Source of the DNA: Felis catus
Lineage: Eukaryota
Reading direction: 5' to 3'
Assembly: GCF_018350175.1 (NCBI RefSeq)
Contig: NC_058368.1
Span: 159,838,001-159,902,000, forward strand
DNA: 64,000 nucleotides
The position numbers and the translations under genes were made by a program. The notes under the pieces are model-generated. The model saw only the letters and a program-made list of their open reading frames with translations. It searched no databases and was not told the origin of the DNA. Below, piece by piece: positions 25,948-39,029 of the stretch (position 1 is its first letter; each line of letters starts with the position of its first letter).

Positions 25948-26113
25948 AGAGAGCGAGAGAATGTGAGGTGGGGAGAGGGGCAGAAGGAGAAAGAGAATGA
26001 ATCTTCAGCAGGGCCCACACTGATTATGGGTTTCAATCCCACAACCCTAGGATCATGACCTGAGCCGAAATCAAAAGTCAGATGTTCAACTGACCGAGCC
26101 ACCCAGGAGTCCC
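25948..26113 (-). mobile_element. SINEC (older, tail lost)
   Basis: Reverse-complement head ...gagccacccaggagtccc and an AG-rich body. Confidence 0.85.
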
Positions 26114-28490
26114 AAGATTTTGATTCAAGGGCTAATTCTGTACATTTGCGCTGTGAGAATTATTTTGCCCAAAAAAGAAATATCAGCTTTGCTGTCTCAT
26201 AGAGAAAATGACTCCTAGAAAATTGGACAAAAATCTGTTAGAAAGACTGGGATATTTGGTAAATGTAGATCTTAGTGCAGAAGTCAAGCTTGAGTGTTAT
26301 TTGATCTAGGGTTATGGGAGTTACTGTTAGTGGAGCAGGCATAGCAGAGGACAATACTGCATGAGGTGTTTGAAATGACTCCTGAGTTGGAATTGGTGTG
26401 CTTAAAGAAAACACTAGGCTTGGTAAGACATGTGGAACTATTCCACTCCTCTTAATGTTGACCCTTGCTTGCCCGTTTAGGAACTTGACTGGAATTGGGT
26501 CTCTGATTGTCTCAACAAAACTAATTCCTCTTTGTTTTTCCTAAGATGAACAAAATGGTACTTGATTCTTGCAAATAATGTTCACTTAAATTTGAGGTTG
26601 GTTAGTCTAGAAAGACAAATTACTTAGCTGTTGTAGAATCATTGGTTTAGTCCTTGAGTGTGTGAATGCTCCGGGTAAAAATGAGGACAGTGATTATATG
26701 AAAAGTTTTACTCACCCTTATTGGAGCCATCTGTATTAGCTTTCAACTCTGTGAGGTGCAGAATTTACTTGAATTAATCTTTTCACCTCCAAAGGATCCT
26801 GGCTTGTGTTAAAAAAGGCACTTGTCAAACTGTCTTTAGAGCCACCAAATAAATCTATTTTATAGTCCCATTAGATATCTAGCTCAGAATCCCATTCACT
26901 CTGGAAGGTCCTATGGTTGGATGCACAACAAATTTCCTGCAGTCATCTCTGGTACACCTCCTTTGGGTTGTTAAGAAGGTGTTGAAATGTGAGAAGGCCG
27001 GTAGTGAAATTAAATTGTGGGTCAGGGTAATTAGGAAGGGAGAACACCAAGCATTTTCATAGTACATTGTCTGGCTTTTAGTTGCAGCTGCAAACAACGG
27101 ATATGAGTTTAACCAGTTGCTACAGTGCAGCTGGTTCAGATCTGGCTTTATAACTAACTGGCTGAAGTAAAATGAAATGGCTGGAAAATTCCAGTCAAGT
27201 AACACCAGTGGGAACATGTGGAATTAAATAGTGTGAGTAAATGCTGGCCAGGTTGAGGAAAAAAACTTCAGACAAACTAGAGGGTGGTGGTGAGGATGTG
27301 TAGAAGAGAGGTGGGGAGGGGGCAAGCAGGGCATTTTCTGGCCCTTGTAACAAGGGTCTGTTGTTTGCATTAGCTCCCTTGCAGGAGAGGGGAGTTTTCC
27401 TCTCTCCAGAGAAGTTTGTAGTGTGGCTGGTCTACCTTCCTCCGGGACTGAGGTCACCTGTTTTTGTTTGTGTTTTCTTCAAGAAGAAGAAAGAAAAATA
27501 TGCCATTACTTCAGGTCCTGACAACAACAGAAATGGCAGGCTCTTGTCTTTCCTTTTCTTCAGGACGCTTTTCCTACCTTGTGTGACCCAGAAGGCCCTG
27601 TCTCTCTTGATAGTCCTCTTCTTACACCACATGTACCAGACATGCTGAGTGTGTTGGAGGTGAAGGTTCTTGTAATTGTTCTAAATAAGGAAGGAAAATG
27701 GGTTTACTAAAGGAAAGCTTTTGTATTATCCATTTTGTCTGCTTAATTTGGAGAATTTAGACTTGGCTCCAGAAAAAATTTCTGAGAAGTTCAAGGGCCA
27801 TTGTGCTGTTTGGGGAAAACATTTGCTGTAACTAGGTTGAGGGTATTTATTCTCTGCCAGTGCCCGGGACCTGTGTTTGCCAAGTGATTTCCCAGTCCCA
27901 GGGATTAGCCAGTCATGTGAAACATTTGATTAAGAGACTTAAAGAAATCTTAGCTGAGGCACGATTGGTGGCTATTGGCAGGATAGCCCCATCCTCAACT
28001 CTGCTTTGTCTCTTGAGTGTTTGTAAGAATGTTTGTAATGATGAGCCATGGGGGCTGGATTTATGATCCAGTGAGGAATCTTTTTAGAAATCAAAGTTCT
28101 GGTGGGTATATTATTAATTAAGCCCCATAAGTTTCTACATAACTTAGAAAGGAGTCTTTTTTTTCTCAGAGCTATACCACCAGTCAGCTGTTTGGGGAAG
28201 AAGATACCAAGTTATCAGAAAAAATTACCTGTATCCGAACAGCAACATGGTTCTGTCTGAGGAAAGTAAAGTTTTTCTTGATGCACATTTCCTGGATTTG
28301 CGTTAAATTTTTATACTTAAGCCTAGAGGACTTTTTCTCCCCCTTAATAGTGGCACCTTTCATTTGTGAGGCAGGAGCACTTGGGCCTGAGTCTGGAGAT
28401 CCTGTCTCCAGCCATTCACCTCCAGCCTAGAAGAGAACACTTCTGTTTCCCTTCCACCCTGTTTAAATTTGTATGCGTTCCTCCCCACAG

Positions 28491-29159
28491 ATAACCATCA
28501 TCTTCAAAGCTCACCGTGAGTGCACAGATCAGAAAGTGTACCAAGCTGTGACAGATGACCTGCCGGCCGCCTTTGTGGATGGCAGCACCAGCGGTGGGGA
28601 TGGCGACACCAAGAGCCTGCTTATCGTGGAGAGGGAGAGCGGCCGCTACGTGGAAATGCACGCCCGCTACATAGGGACCACGGTATTTGTGCGGCAGCTG
28701 GGTCGCTACCTGACCCTCGCCATCCGCATGCCTGAAGACCTGGCCATGTCCTATGAGGAAAGCCAGGACCTGCAGCTGTGTGTGAATGGCTGCCCCCTGA
28801 GCGAGCGCATTGATGACGGGCAGGGCCAGGTGTCTGCCATCCTGGGGCACAGCGTGCCTCGCACCTCATTGGCGCAGGCCTGGCCTGGCTACACACTGGA
28901 GGCTGCCAATGCTCAGTGCCACGAGAAGATGCCAGTGAAGGACATCTACTTCCAGTCCTGTGTCTTCGACCTGCTCACCACTGGGGATGCCAACTTCACT
29001 GCCGCTGCTCACAGTGCCTTGGAGGACGTGGAGGCGCTGCACCCGAGGAAGGAACGCTGGCACATCTTCCCGAGCAGTAGCCACGGGACACCCCGTGGAG
29101 GCGGCCATTTGTCTGTCAGTCTGGGACTCACATGCTTGATCTTTATTGTGTTTTTGTAG
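28491..29159 (+). CDS. RGMB: RGMB last coding exon (222 aa plus TAG): RGM C-terminal domain and GPI-anchor signal
   Basis: ITIIFKAHRECTDQKVYQAVTDDLPAAFVDG...QSCVFDLLTTGDANF...SVSLGLTCLIFIVFL*; hydrophobic C-terminus; TAG at 29157-29159. Confidence 0.97.
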   Translation: MTIIFKAHRECTDQKVYQAVTDDLPAAFVDGSTSGGDGDTKSLLIVERESGRYVEMHARYIGTTVFVRQLGRYLTLAIRMPEDLAMSYEESQDLQLCVNGCPLSERIDDGQGQVSAILGHSVPRTSLAQAWPGYTLEAANAQCHEKMPVKDIYFQSCVFDLLTTGDANFTAAAHSALEDVEALHPRKERWHIFPSSSHGTPRGGGHLSVSLGLTCLIFIVFL

Positions 29160-31875
29160 GGATTGTCTTTTGTTTTTTTTATTTTTTGTCTATAACAGAA
29201 TTTTAAAATATATATTGTCATAATATATTGAGTAACAGAGTATATATGTATATACCATGTATATGACAGGATGTTTGTCCTGGGGCACCCACCAGACTGT
29301 ACATAATGTGCGTGACTGTTCCAAGTATGTTGGATGTAGTGTTCTTCGACTGTATTGATTTTGTTTTGCAGTTTTGTGAAATATTTTATAATGTCCCTGC
29401 CGGGGGACCTGTTAGAAAGCACTTTATTTTTTATATATTAAATATTTATGTGTGTACCTGTTTAGTACGTATAGTACATATACACAGACGCCATCGCAGC
29501 GTTCCCGCTGAAGAGGACCAGTGACGGTGCTCGTGGCTGTCCCTGGCTGTCCGTCCCTGCCTTCTCCCTTTGCTACTGATCTGCCACATTGGGTGCGCAG
29601 CTTTCACTGGCCTCCTGCTGGCGGAGCTGCATCCCTTGAGCGAGGAGGTCCTTACTCTCACTCTGTGTGGAAGGACAGCTAACTCCACGACAGGCACTTT
29701 GGCTCTTGTGAAACACGCATCTCTAAGCAACCCTCGCCCTCCTTCACAACTGTCACTTTTTCAAAGGGCAGGGAGTGTATTACTACAGTTTTCATTAATT
29801 AGGATTGTTCTGAGCACTTAGGGAATGTGAGGTTGAGCCATATGAAACTGCTGTTTCTATTAGGTCAGAAGGGGCTGGTGATGGCAATTTCATAGATAAA
29901 TACCAGGCATTTTACTAGACGCCAGGAGCTCTCAGACATGTCCTCCTCCCGTGTTCCTGTTTAAACCATATCACGCCTTGCTCTTCTCTGTATCATTTGT
30001 GCAAGCCCAAGTTCTAAGCTTTCTTTCCTTGGCTGTTTATGCCCAGAGACACACTGCTCCCTGTCTCCACCCCCCGTAAACCCTCCTCAACCTCACCTGA
30101 TGAACCCAGAGACTAGGCCTTGTTAGATTCTCTCTTCGTGTCGAGGCCCAGATCCCATCACAAGGTGTGCCACTCTTCCTTGCCGAACACACCGTGGCCT
30201 TCACAGTCGCTGGCGCTGACGTGTCTGCGTGCATGAGGGAAAGGATAGGGTGTTAAATGACAGGAAAACTTTGAGGGCCTGAGCCAGTAAGTGGCAAAAT
30301 GGGCTCTGGTGAACCCAGACCTTCTCACTGAGCAACGTTGCTTCCCAGGTGGTCTCTCTTTCTTTAATTAGATATGCTCCTTTGTAACATCTATAGTGAT
30401 AATATACTAGTGAGTGCTCATGTAACTTGGTAAAATTCCTATAAAGTAAAATACCTCCTTCCATTTCACCTGTTGGCACGCCCTTGCAAAAGGAAAGCAC
30501 CACCCACAAAATGCAAGAACAATGAGGAAGTGAGTTCTACCTAGGGCAGGTGGATTTCTATTGTATCTATGTAAATGTTTGGTTCCAAGGAGAAACGAAA
30601 GAATTTGTACCTTACCTTACTCAGATTTACATAAGTGCAAGAAGAAAGTTAATTTTATATACCACAGCAATTAGGATCCAACTTGTGCTGAATTTTAGAT
30701 AGCCAGGTATCTAAACCTGGGGCCTGCCTTTTGCCATGCCCCATTGATTAGGGTCACGGCCAGAGGCCCAAACTGGCAGGAGAAGAGGATTTTGGTTCGT
30801 GAAATTCTGTTTCTTAGTGAACTGATGATCCAATTACAGCATGGAGCTGTGGGTTCATCTAGAGGTGGGAAACTGCCCTTTTTCTGATCTAGGAGAGGAT
30901 AGTCTTGGGAAGTCTGGGAAAATCACAAAGGCACCCTACTTCTTACTTGATAAAAAGACACAATACCAGAGAAGTGAAACTGAACTTGTTACCCTTCTAT
31001 AAAGACGCAGGGGCCTACCTACCATGAGCTCTGAACTGTGGCTATTTCTGTTCACCTACAGAACATGTGCCAGTTCAGAAGCTATAGTTAGCTAGTAATT
31101 TTGTTAGGTAATTGAGTAGAACAAAGGAGGAAAAATATTTAGAGTATAACCACTATTCTTGTGTGAACAGTATAAAAGTGAAGTAAAAGCAATAGGAGTT
31201 TCTACAGTGTCTGGCTTTAGAGTGTATATGGTTCATATTACCTTTGTCCTCTTTAGGGAAAGCAAAATCACCACCTCTACTAATAGTTGGGGAAAGAAAC
31301 AGGTTGCTCTGCCATATCCTAGCTGGGAAGGATGCCTCTAAGCATTCTGTTCCACTAGCATTTGTGCCAGTGTGTTTGGCTATTCTCCCTTTATAATCAG
31401 TGTCCTCCTACAACATTTACAGTCCCCACAGATGACTAAGAAATACAGATGCTTCTCTAGAGAAGGGCCAGCTTATTTTCCATTTCTTTTCTAGGACTTT
31501 TAGAGAAAATAGTACTTGTACATTTTGGTTCTTGCAATCTTCCTTAACCAAGAGTTTCAGGTGATCCCACCACATGGATAAGATGTAGCTATTCAAAGGT
31601 CTCCTGGGGGAGGTTAAAACTTGAGGGAAAACACTGGTTTTCACAGATGCTCCACATGGCTGTCTTTAAAAGACTCAAAACATTTTTTTTGTCCTTTTCT
31701 TCCCATTGTTAATGCTTGGAAATTCCCACAGTGTGTCGAGTCTTTGCAAAGAAACCTTTAGATGTGGTTCATAGGTATATGGATAAGTATCTGTGTAAAA
31801 CAGTGAGTGTGCAGTGTGTAAATACTTTAAATTATTATGCTAGAAAAATAAAGTTACATACCATGCTGTGGAATG
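29160..31875 (+). other. RGMB: RGMB 3'UTR (about 2.7 kb)
   Basis: No recognisable interspersed repeats after the stop codon; AU-rich proximal block; ends near AATAAA 31847. Confidence 0.7.
31847..31852 (+). terminator. Polyadenylation signal AATAAA, probable main RGMB poly(A) site
   Basis: Upstream TGTA motifs and a downstream GT/T-rich element (tgctgtggaatgtttgttctgtg). Confidence 0.7.
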
Positions 31876-33151
31876 TTTGTTCTGTGATTATAGTGACACC
31901 TGCTGGAAGAGCTGCAGGACACAGGAGGGGAAGAAAGGGAGTGAGGGGGTGTTTGTGCAAAATCCTCTGATTACTGACAATCCAAAACTGTCCACAAACT
32001 TGCGTGTTTTCTAAACTACATCTTTACTGTAGCTTTTCATTTTTCAATTTTAAGCAATTTCAAGTAAGAATCTGTAAAACTAGTCCACTGGTATGATCCT
32101 AAAGGTCTGTCTTTAGTAATAGTTTTGGTCCCTTGGCAGACATGGGACCTGCCCTGTGGTGCTTTTAAGATAGCATGGATGGGAACTTCTGGTGGGAAGG
32201 ACTTGGGGGCAGGATTTTTTGGCTTTGGGAACTTGTAAATCCCTATTTCTTGGATGTTCTAAAAAGAGATCACAAGATCTCAACTTGTTCTTTGTTCAAG
32301 AAACATGCCGAAGGGTAGAAAAACTTGAAAAAGAAATTAAACCCAAACTGAAAGCAAAGGAAATCAATTACTAAGTCAAATACTAAATGGGACAAATTCC
32401 AACTCAGGGAAACCTACATAATCATTTCTTAAATAGAAGACTCAATCTTTATACGTAGTGTTTAAGTGTAGTTCAGAACAACAAAAATCCTCTGAAACAC
32501 AAAATAAGATGACCGTGATACAGCCACTGAGAACCTAATACATAAGCCTACACTAAATGAACACTAAGAAATAAACCACATCACAATGACGTCTATACTT
32601 ACAAGTCAAAATTTCTCTTTCTGTATACTTTAAATCCAGACCCCCAGCTTTTCAGGAATTGAAATTTAAGGAACTGTCCAAAAACCTAACAAGGAGGTCT
32701 TTATTGTTTTACACAGGAAACCGTGACTTTAACAAACATTAAGCATCCTGTTAGTTACTGGAATTTTGTTGTCTTTTGGGGGTTTGTTTGTTTTTGTAGC
32801 CACATTTAGTATTCTATTGCCTGAGATCAGCTGGAATACCAGAGTCTTGGATTGCTGCGGTCCTTTCTGAGTAAATATACTTTAGGGGAACAGCAAGAAA
32901 AAATTTAGCAGTTTCTTTGTATGTGTCCTAAGGACTATCTCCCTGCCTCAGAGAATCTAAGACATTAAAAAAAAAGAGGAAGCAGTTCACAGTTCCTTAT
33001 TATTTGACTGCCTAAGCTCACCATATTTTTCTCCTTCCATTCCCTTTCTGTCTTCCAAATGGATAAGCCATATCATGATATTATTATTTCAAGAATATTT
33101 GTCTCTGAACTTATTACTCTACCTTCACCAAATAAACAAATGTTTGAGACT

Positions 33152-33191
33152 ATCAACTAAATAACATCAACTAAATAGTATCAACTAAATA
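33152..33191. repeat. 14-bp period minisatellite, three copies of atcaactaaata
   Basis: Copies start at 33152, 33166 and 33180. Confidence 0.85.
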
Positions 33192-34320
33192 AATATTTAG
33201 TCCTTTGTACCCAAAATATGAAGTATGTGCTGGGAGTGCAGAAGTTTGTGTTTCCTCTCTCTTGTGAGCAGTGTGTATATTTATAAACAGAGTGGGGCAG
33301 CCACAGCCTAGGAAATATACTAACAGATCCAACACAGATGGAATGTGCACCCTGCCTGGTTACAATGATGTTCAAACCAAGTGAACCCACCAGGCTGGTC
33401 AGCTAAAATATATTACAGTCGGTATACCAAACTCCAGCAAGAAGAAAGCAACAGGGCCAAGTTTTCTAACTGACAGCTCATCATGGATGACAGTTATATG
33501 ACACTTATTATTATTATTATTACAGTAATGAAAAGTCCAACTACAGAAAAAGAAAAAAAAGTAAGTACTGCTACCAAATGGAATACACAGGACCAAACCA
33601 TACACAAATTAACCAAGTAGAAATTGCACTTGCCATCAATGACATAATTTTTAAAACATGATTATCTCAATCACTAATGTAGCCCTTGCACCTAAATATA
33701 TAAAGTAAATATTAACAGATGTCAATGGAAACTTGACAGTATAGTAATATTAGGGGACTTTAATACCCCACTTACATCAATGGATAAATCACCCAGACAG
33801 GAAATTAGTAAGGAAATACTGGACTTAAATGACACATTTGACCAGATGAATTTAACTGATACATATAGAACATTGCATCCCAAACTGCAGAATAGACAGT
33901 ACTTTTCAAGTGCATATGGAACACGCTCCAGAACAGATTACGTTAGGCCACAAAACAAGTCTCAATGCATTCAAGAAGATTGAAATCGTGTCAAGAATCT
34001 TTTCTGACCGTAACAGTATGAAACCAGAAATCAATTACAAGATAGAAACTGGCAAAAAACACAAATACATGGATACTAAACAACGTGTAACTGAACAACC
34101 AAAGTGTCAGTGAAGAAATCAAAGAGGAAATCGATACCTTGAGATAAATGAAAATGGAAACAACTTACCAAAATCTATGGAATGTAGTAAAAGCAATTCT
34201 AAGTTCATAGTAATACAGGCCCACCCAACAATCAAGAAAAATCTCAAATTATCTAACTTTATACCTAAAGGAACTAGGAAAAGAGTAAAGCTCAAAGTTA
34301 GTAAAAGGAAGGAAATCATA

Positions 34321-34549
34321 GGGGCGCCTGGGTGGCTCAGTCGGTTAAGCGTTCGACTTCTGCTCAGGCCATGATCTCACAGTTTGTGGGTTTGAGCCCC
34401 ACGTTGAGCTCTGTGCTAACAGGTCAGAGTGTGGAGCCTACAGCCTGCTTTGGATTCTGTGTCTCCCTCTCTCTCTGTCCCTCCACTACTCGCTCGCTGT
34501 CTCTCTCTCAAAATAAATAAACATTAATTTTTTAAAAAAAAACTTTAAA
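34321..34549 (+). mobile_element. SINEC in L1
   Basis: TSD aaaaggaaggaa(a/g)tcata. Confidence 0.93.
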
Positions 34550-34906
34550 AAAAGGAAGGAAGTCATAAAGATCAGAGTGGAAATAAATAAAATATAGATT
34601 TAAAAAATAGAAATATCAATGAAACTAAAAGCTCGTTCATTGAAAAGATAAACAAAATTGATAAACCTCTAGCCAGACTCATCAAGAGAAAAAGAGAGGG
34701 CCCAAATAAATAAAATAAAAATGAAAGAAGTTACAACTGATACAGAGGATCATGAAAGATTACTACAATTATTAATTACATACCAGCAAACTGGAAAATC
34801 TAGAAACAAATGGTTCATTTCTACAAAACTTCCAAGAATGAATCACAAAAAAAAAGGAATAAACCCATGCAAGAAATGAAATTAAATCACTACTTTTAAA
34901 ACTTCT

Positions 34907-35016
34907 GGGGCACCTGGATGGCTCAGTCAGTTGAGAAATCTGACTCTTAATTTCAGCTTAGGTCATAATCTCATGGTCATGAGGTCAAACCGCATGTCAG
35001 GATGACCCTGCTTAGG

Positions 35017-35063
<47 letters not shown>

Positions 35064-35130
35064 TCCTCCCACCTCATGCCCCTCTCCTCCACTCATGCTT
35101 TCTCTCCTTCTAAAAAAAAAAAAATAGAAA
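34907..35130 (+). mobile_element. SINEC in L1 with long (CT)n
   Basis: ggggcacctgg head; TSD-like taaaact(t/c)ct. Confidence 0.9.
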
Positions 35131-36372
35131 TAAAACTCCTAAAAAATAACATTTTAGGACAAGACAGCTTCACAGGTGAATTCTACCAAATATTTAAATA
35201 AGTGTTAGTACCTATCATTCTCAAATTATTCCCAAAAAAAAGTGAATAGGGAAAAATGCTTCCAAACTCATTTTGCAAGACTAGCATTATCCTGATACCA
35301 AAACCAGGCAAAGACACCACAAAGTAGAAAACTGTAGGACAATATTCCTGATGAACATAGATGTAAAAATCCCCAACAAAATATTACTAAACCAAATTCA
35401 ACGATACATTAAAAGAGTCATATACCATGATCAAGTGGGATTTATCTCAGGGATGCAAGGATGGTTCAACATCTGCAAATCAACATGATACTCCACAATA
35501 ACAAAAAGAATAAAAATTCTATGACCATCTCAATAGATGCAGAAAAAAATGTTTCAAAATTCAACATTCATTTGTGATAAATACTCTCAACAAAGTTGTT
35601 ATAAAAGTAATGTACCTCAACAAAATGAAGGCCATTTATGAGAAACCCATAGCTAACATCATACTAAATAATGAAAAGCTGAAAGCTTTTCCTCTAAGAT
35701 CAGGAACTTTCATTCTAGCCATAGCAATTAATCAAGAAAAAGAAATAAAAGGAAAATTGGCAAGGAAAAAGAAAAAGTAACTCTATTTACAGATGACATG
35801 ATAATATATATATATGGAAACACTAAAGACCCCACCAAAAAAAAAAAACTATTAGAAAAAAAAATTCAGTAAAGTCACAGGACAAAAATGGACAAACAGA
35901 AATTGGCTGCATTTCTATACACTAATAATGAGCTATCAGAAAAAAAAATTAAGAAAATCCCATTTACAATTCCACCAAAAAGAATAAAAAATCTAGGAAT
36001 AAAGTTAACCAAGGAAGTGAAAGACCTGTAATATGAAAACTATAAAACAACAATGAAAGATATTGAAGATGACACACAAAATAATGGAAAGATATTCCAT
36101 GCTCCTGGATAGGAAGACTATTGTTAAAATGTGCATGCTATCTAAAGCAATCTATGGAGTCAATGCACTCACTATCAAAATACCAACAGCACGTTTCACA
36201 GAACTAGAACACATGATTCTGAAATGTGTATGAAACCACAAAAGATCCTGAATAGCCAAAGCAATCTTGAGGAAGAAAAACAAATCTAGAGGTCTCACCA
36301 TCCCTGATTTCAAGATATACTGCAAAGCTAGTAATCAAAACTGTATGGCACTGTCACAAAAAGAGACACATA

Positions 36373-36541
36373 GGGGGCGCCTGGGTGGCTCAGCTGTTAA
36401 GTGTCTGGCTTCCGCTTAGATCATGATCTCAAGGCTCCTGAGTATGAGCCCCGTGTGGGGCTCTGGGCTGATGGCTCAGAGCCTGGAGCCTGCTTCAGAT
36501 TCTGTCTCTGTCTCTCTGCCCCCTCCCCTGCTCACGCACTG

Positions 36542-36586
<45 letters not shown>

Positions 36587-36634
36587 CTCTCTCTTTCTCT
36601 CTCATATAAATAAACATTAAAAAAAATTTTTTTA
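36373..36634 (+). mobile_element. SINEC in L1
   Basis: gggggcgcctgggtggctcag head, (CT)n, A-rich tail. Confidence 0.92.
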
Positions 36635-39029
36635 ATGGACACACAGAACCAAAGAACAGAATACAAAGCCTTAATAAGAAATCCACACTTATGTGGTCAA
36701 TTAATCTACAACAAAGGAGGCAGCAATATACAATAGGACAAAGGCTCTTCAACAAATGGTGCCAGAAAAACTGTAGAGCTGCATGCAAAAGAATGAAACT
36801 GGATCGCTTTCTTACACCATGCACAAAAATAAATTCAAAATGGACTAAAGAGCTAAATGTGAAACTGGGAACTATAAAACTCCTAGAAGAAAACACTTCT
36901 TTGACATTGGCCATAACAATATTTTTCTAGATATGCCTCCTCAGGCAAAGGAAACAAAAGCAAAAATAAACTACTGGGACTATACCATAATAAAAAGGTT
37001 TTGCATAACAATGTGAACAATTAAAAAAATGTAAAGGCAACCTACCAAATGGGAGAAGATAGGTGCAGATGATATATTCAATTAGAGATTAATATCCAAA
37101 ATATGTAAAGAACTAATACAGCTCAACACACACACAAAAAAACAAATAATCCAATTAAAAATCCCACAACTGATAACATCTGCTACCTACTGGAACCAAC
37201 GCGATTTGTTTGACTAAATAAATGTGTGACCGCAGGGAAATCCACTCTGGCAATTTACTGATATTGCCATGGTGTTTCAGTAATAAACCTGGGGACCAAC
37301 TTATCTTATAATATTGGTGGCTGCCACAGGATTAAGCCACAGTAGGCTCTAGGGCAAAAGAAAACAGGCAGAGGACCTGAATAGATGTTTTTCTAAAGAA
37401 GGCACCCAGATGGCCAACAGATGCATGAGAAGATGCTTAACATCACTAACCATGAAAGAAAAGCAAATCAAAATCACAGAGATATCACGTTACACCTATC
37501 TTAATGACTAAACTCAAAAGACAAGAAATTGTAAGTTTTGGTAAGGTAGTAAAGAAAAAGGAACTCTCATGCACCACTGGTAAGAATGAAAGTTGATTCA
37601 GCCTCTATGGAAAACAGTATGGAGGTTTCTCAAAAAATTTTAAATGGGAAAAAAAATTAAAAATGGAAATACCACATGATCCAATAATTCCACTACTATT
37701 TACCTAAAGATAGAAACAACACTAATTCAAAAAGATAGATGCACTGCTAGGTTTATTGCAGCATTATTTATTTACAATAGCCACAATATGGAAGTGACCC
37801 AAGTGTTCATCCATAGATGAATAAAGAATATGTGGTATATATACACAATAGAGTACTACTCAGCTATAAAAAAGAACGAGATCGTCACATTTCACAACAA
37901 CATGGATGAACCTAGCAGCTATTATTCTAAATGAAATAAGTCATAGAAAGACAAATACCATATGGCTTCACTCACACATGGAATATATGAAACAAAACAA
38001 AGAAGAAAGAGGCAAACAAAACAAAATAAAAAACACCAGACTCTTAAATAAAAGAAAAAAAATGGTTGTCACAGGAGGGGAGATAGGTGGCAGGATGGGT
38101 GAAATAAAGAGGTTTCAGAGATGCAAACTTCCAGTTATCAAATAAGGAAATCACAGAGATGAAAAGTACAGCATCAAGAATATAGTCAATAATATTGTAA
38201 TAACTTTGTATGGTGACAGATGTCAACACCCTTATTGTGGTGAGAACTAATGTATAGAATTATTGATTCATTATGCTGTACACATGAAACTGATATAAAA
38301 CTGTTAATTGTACTTAAACAAAATAAAACATGAGCTACCAAAAAATAAAGATGAACCTCGTAACAAATTAAACCACAAACTTGAAAGTCTTATATGCTAA
38401 AAACTGTAAGACATTGATGAGAGCAGTTGAAGGACAACACAGATAAATGGAAAGATATTCTGTGTTCATGGACGGAAAGAATATTGTTAAACATTCATCC
38501 TAACCAAAGCAATCTACAGATTCAATGCATTTTAAAGCAATTTATCAGTGGCAATTTTCACAAAACTAGAACAAATAATCTTAAAACGTGTACGGAACCA
38601 CACAACACCCCAAATATTCAAAGCAATCTTGGAGAAGAAGAACAAACCTGGAGGTATCACAATCCCTGATTTCAAACTATAATACAAAGCTATAGTGATC
38701 AAAACAGTGTGCTATTGGCATAAAAGTAGACCCACGGATCAATGGAACAAATTAGAGAGCCCCAAAACAAACCCATGCATGTATGGTCAATTAATCTATG
38801 AGAAGTGAAGCAAAAATATACAATGAGAGAGAAAGAGTCTCTCCAATAAATGATGTTGAGAAAACTGAACACCTACATGCAAAAAAAAAAAAAAAAAAAA
38901 AAGAATTAGGACACTATCTTAAAGCATAGAGAAAAATAATACCAAAATAGATTAAAGACTACGAATTTAACAACTGAAGCCATAACACTCCTAGAAGAAA
39001 ACCTAGGCAGTAAGTTCTGTGAGGAGAGC

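Larger units (their letters stand above)
13130..28490 (+). other. RGMB: RGMB GC-AG intron (15,361 nt)
   Basis: The RGM peptide ...ATNK|ITIIFK is contiguous only if the intron starts GCAAGT at 13130 and ends ctccccacag at 28490 (phase 0). Confidence 0.9.
33690..38328 (+). mobile_element. Decayed L1 (ORF2 endonuclease/RT region through 3'UTR) with nested insertions
   Basis: ORF2-like peptides ([78 protein letters not shown]); many stops and frameshifts. Confidence 0.93.

Noticed and set aside
28416..29422. Minus-strand ORFs over the last RGMB exon
   Set aside because: Antisense shadows of real coding sequence.
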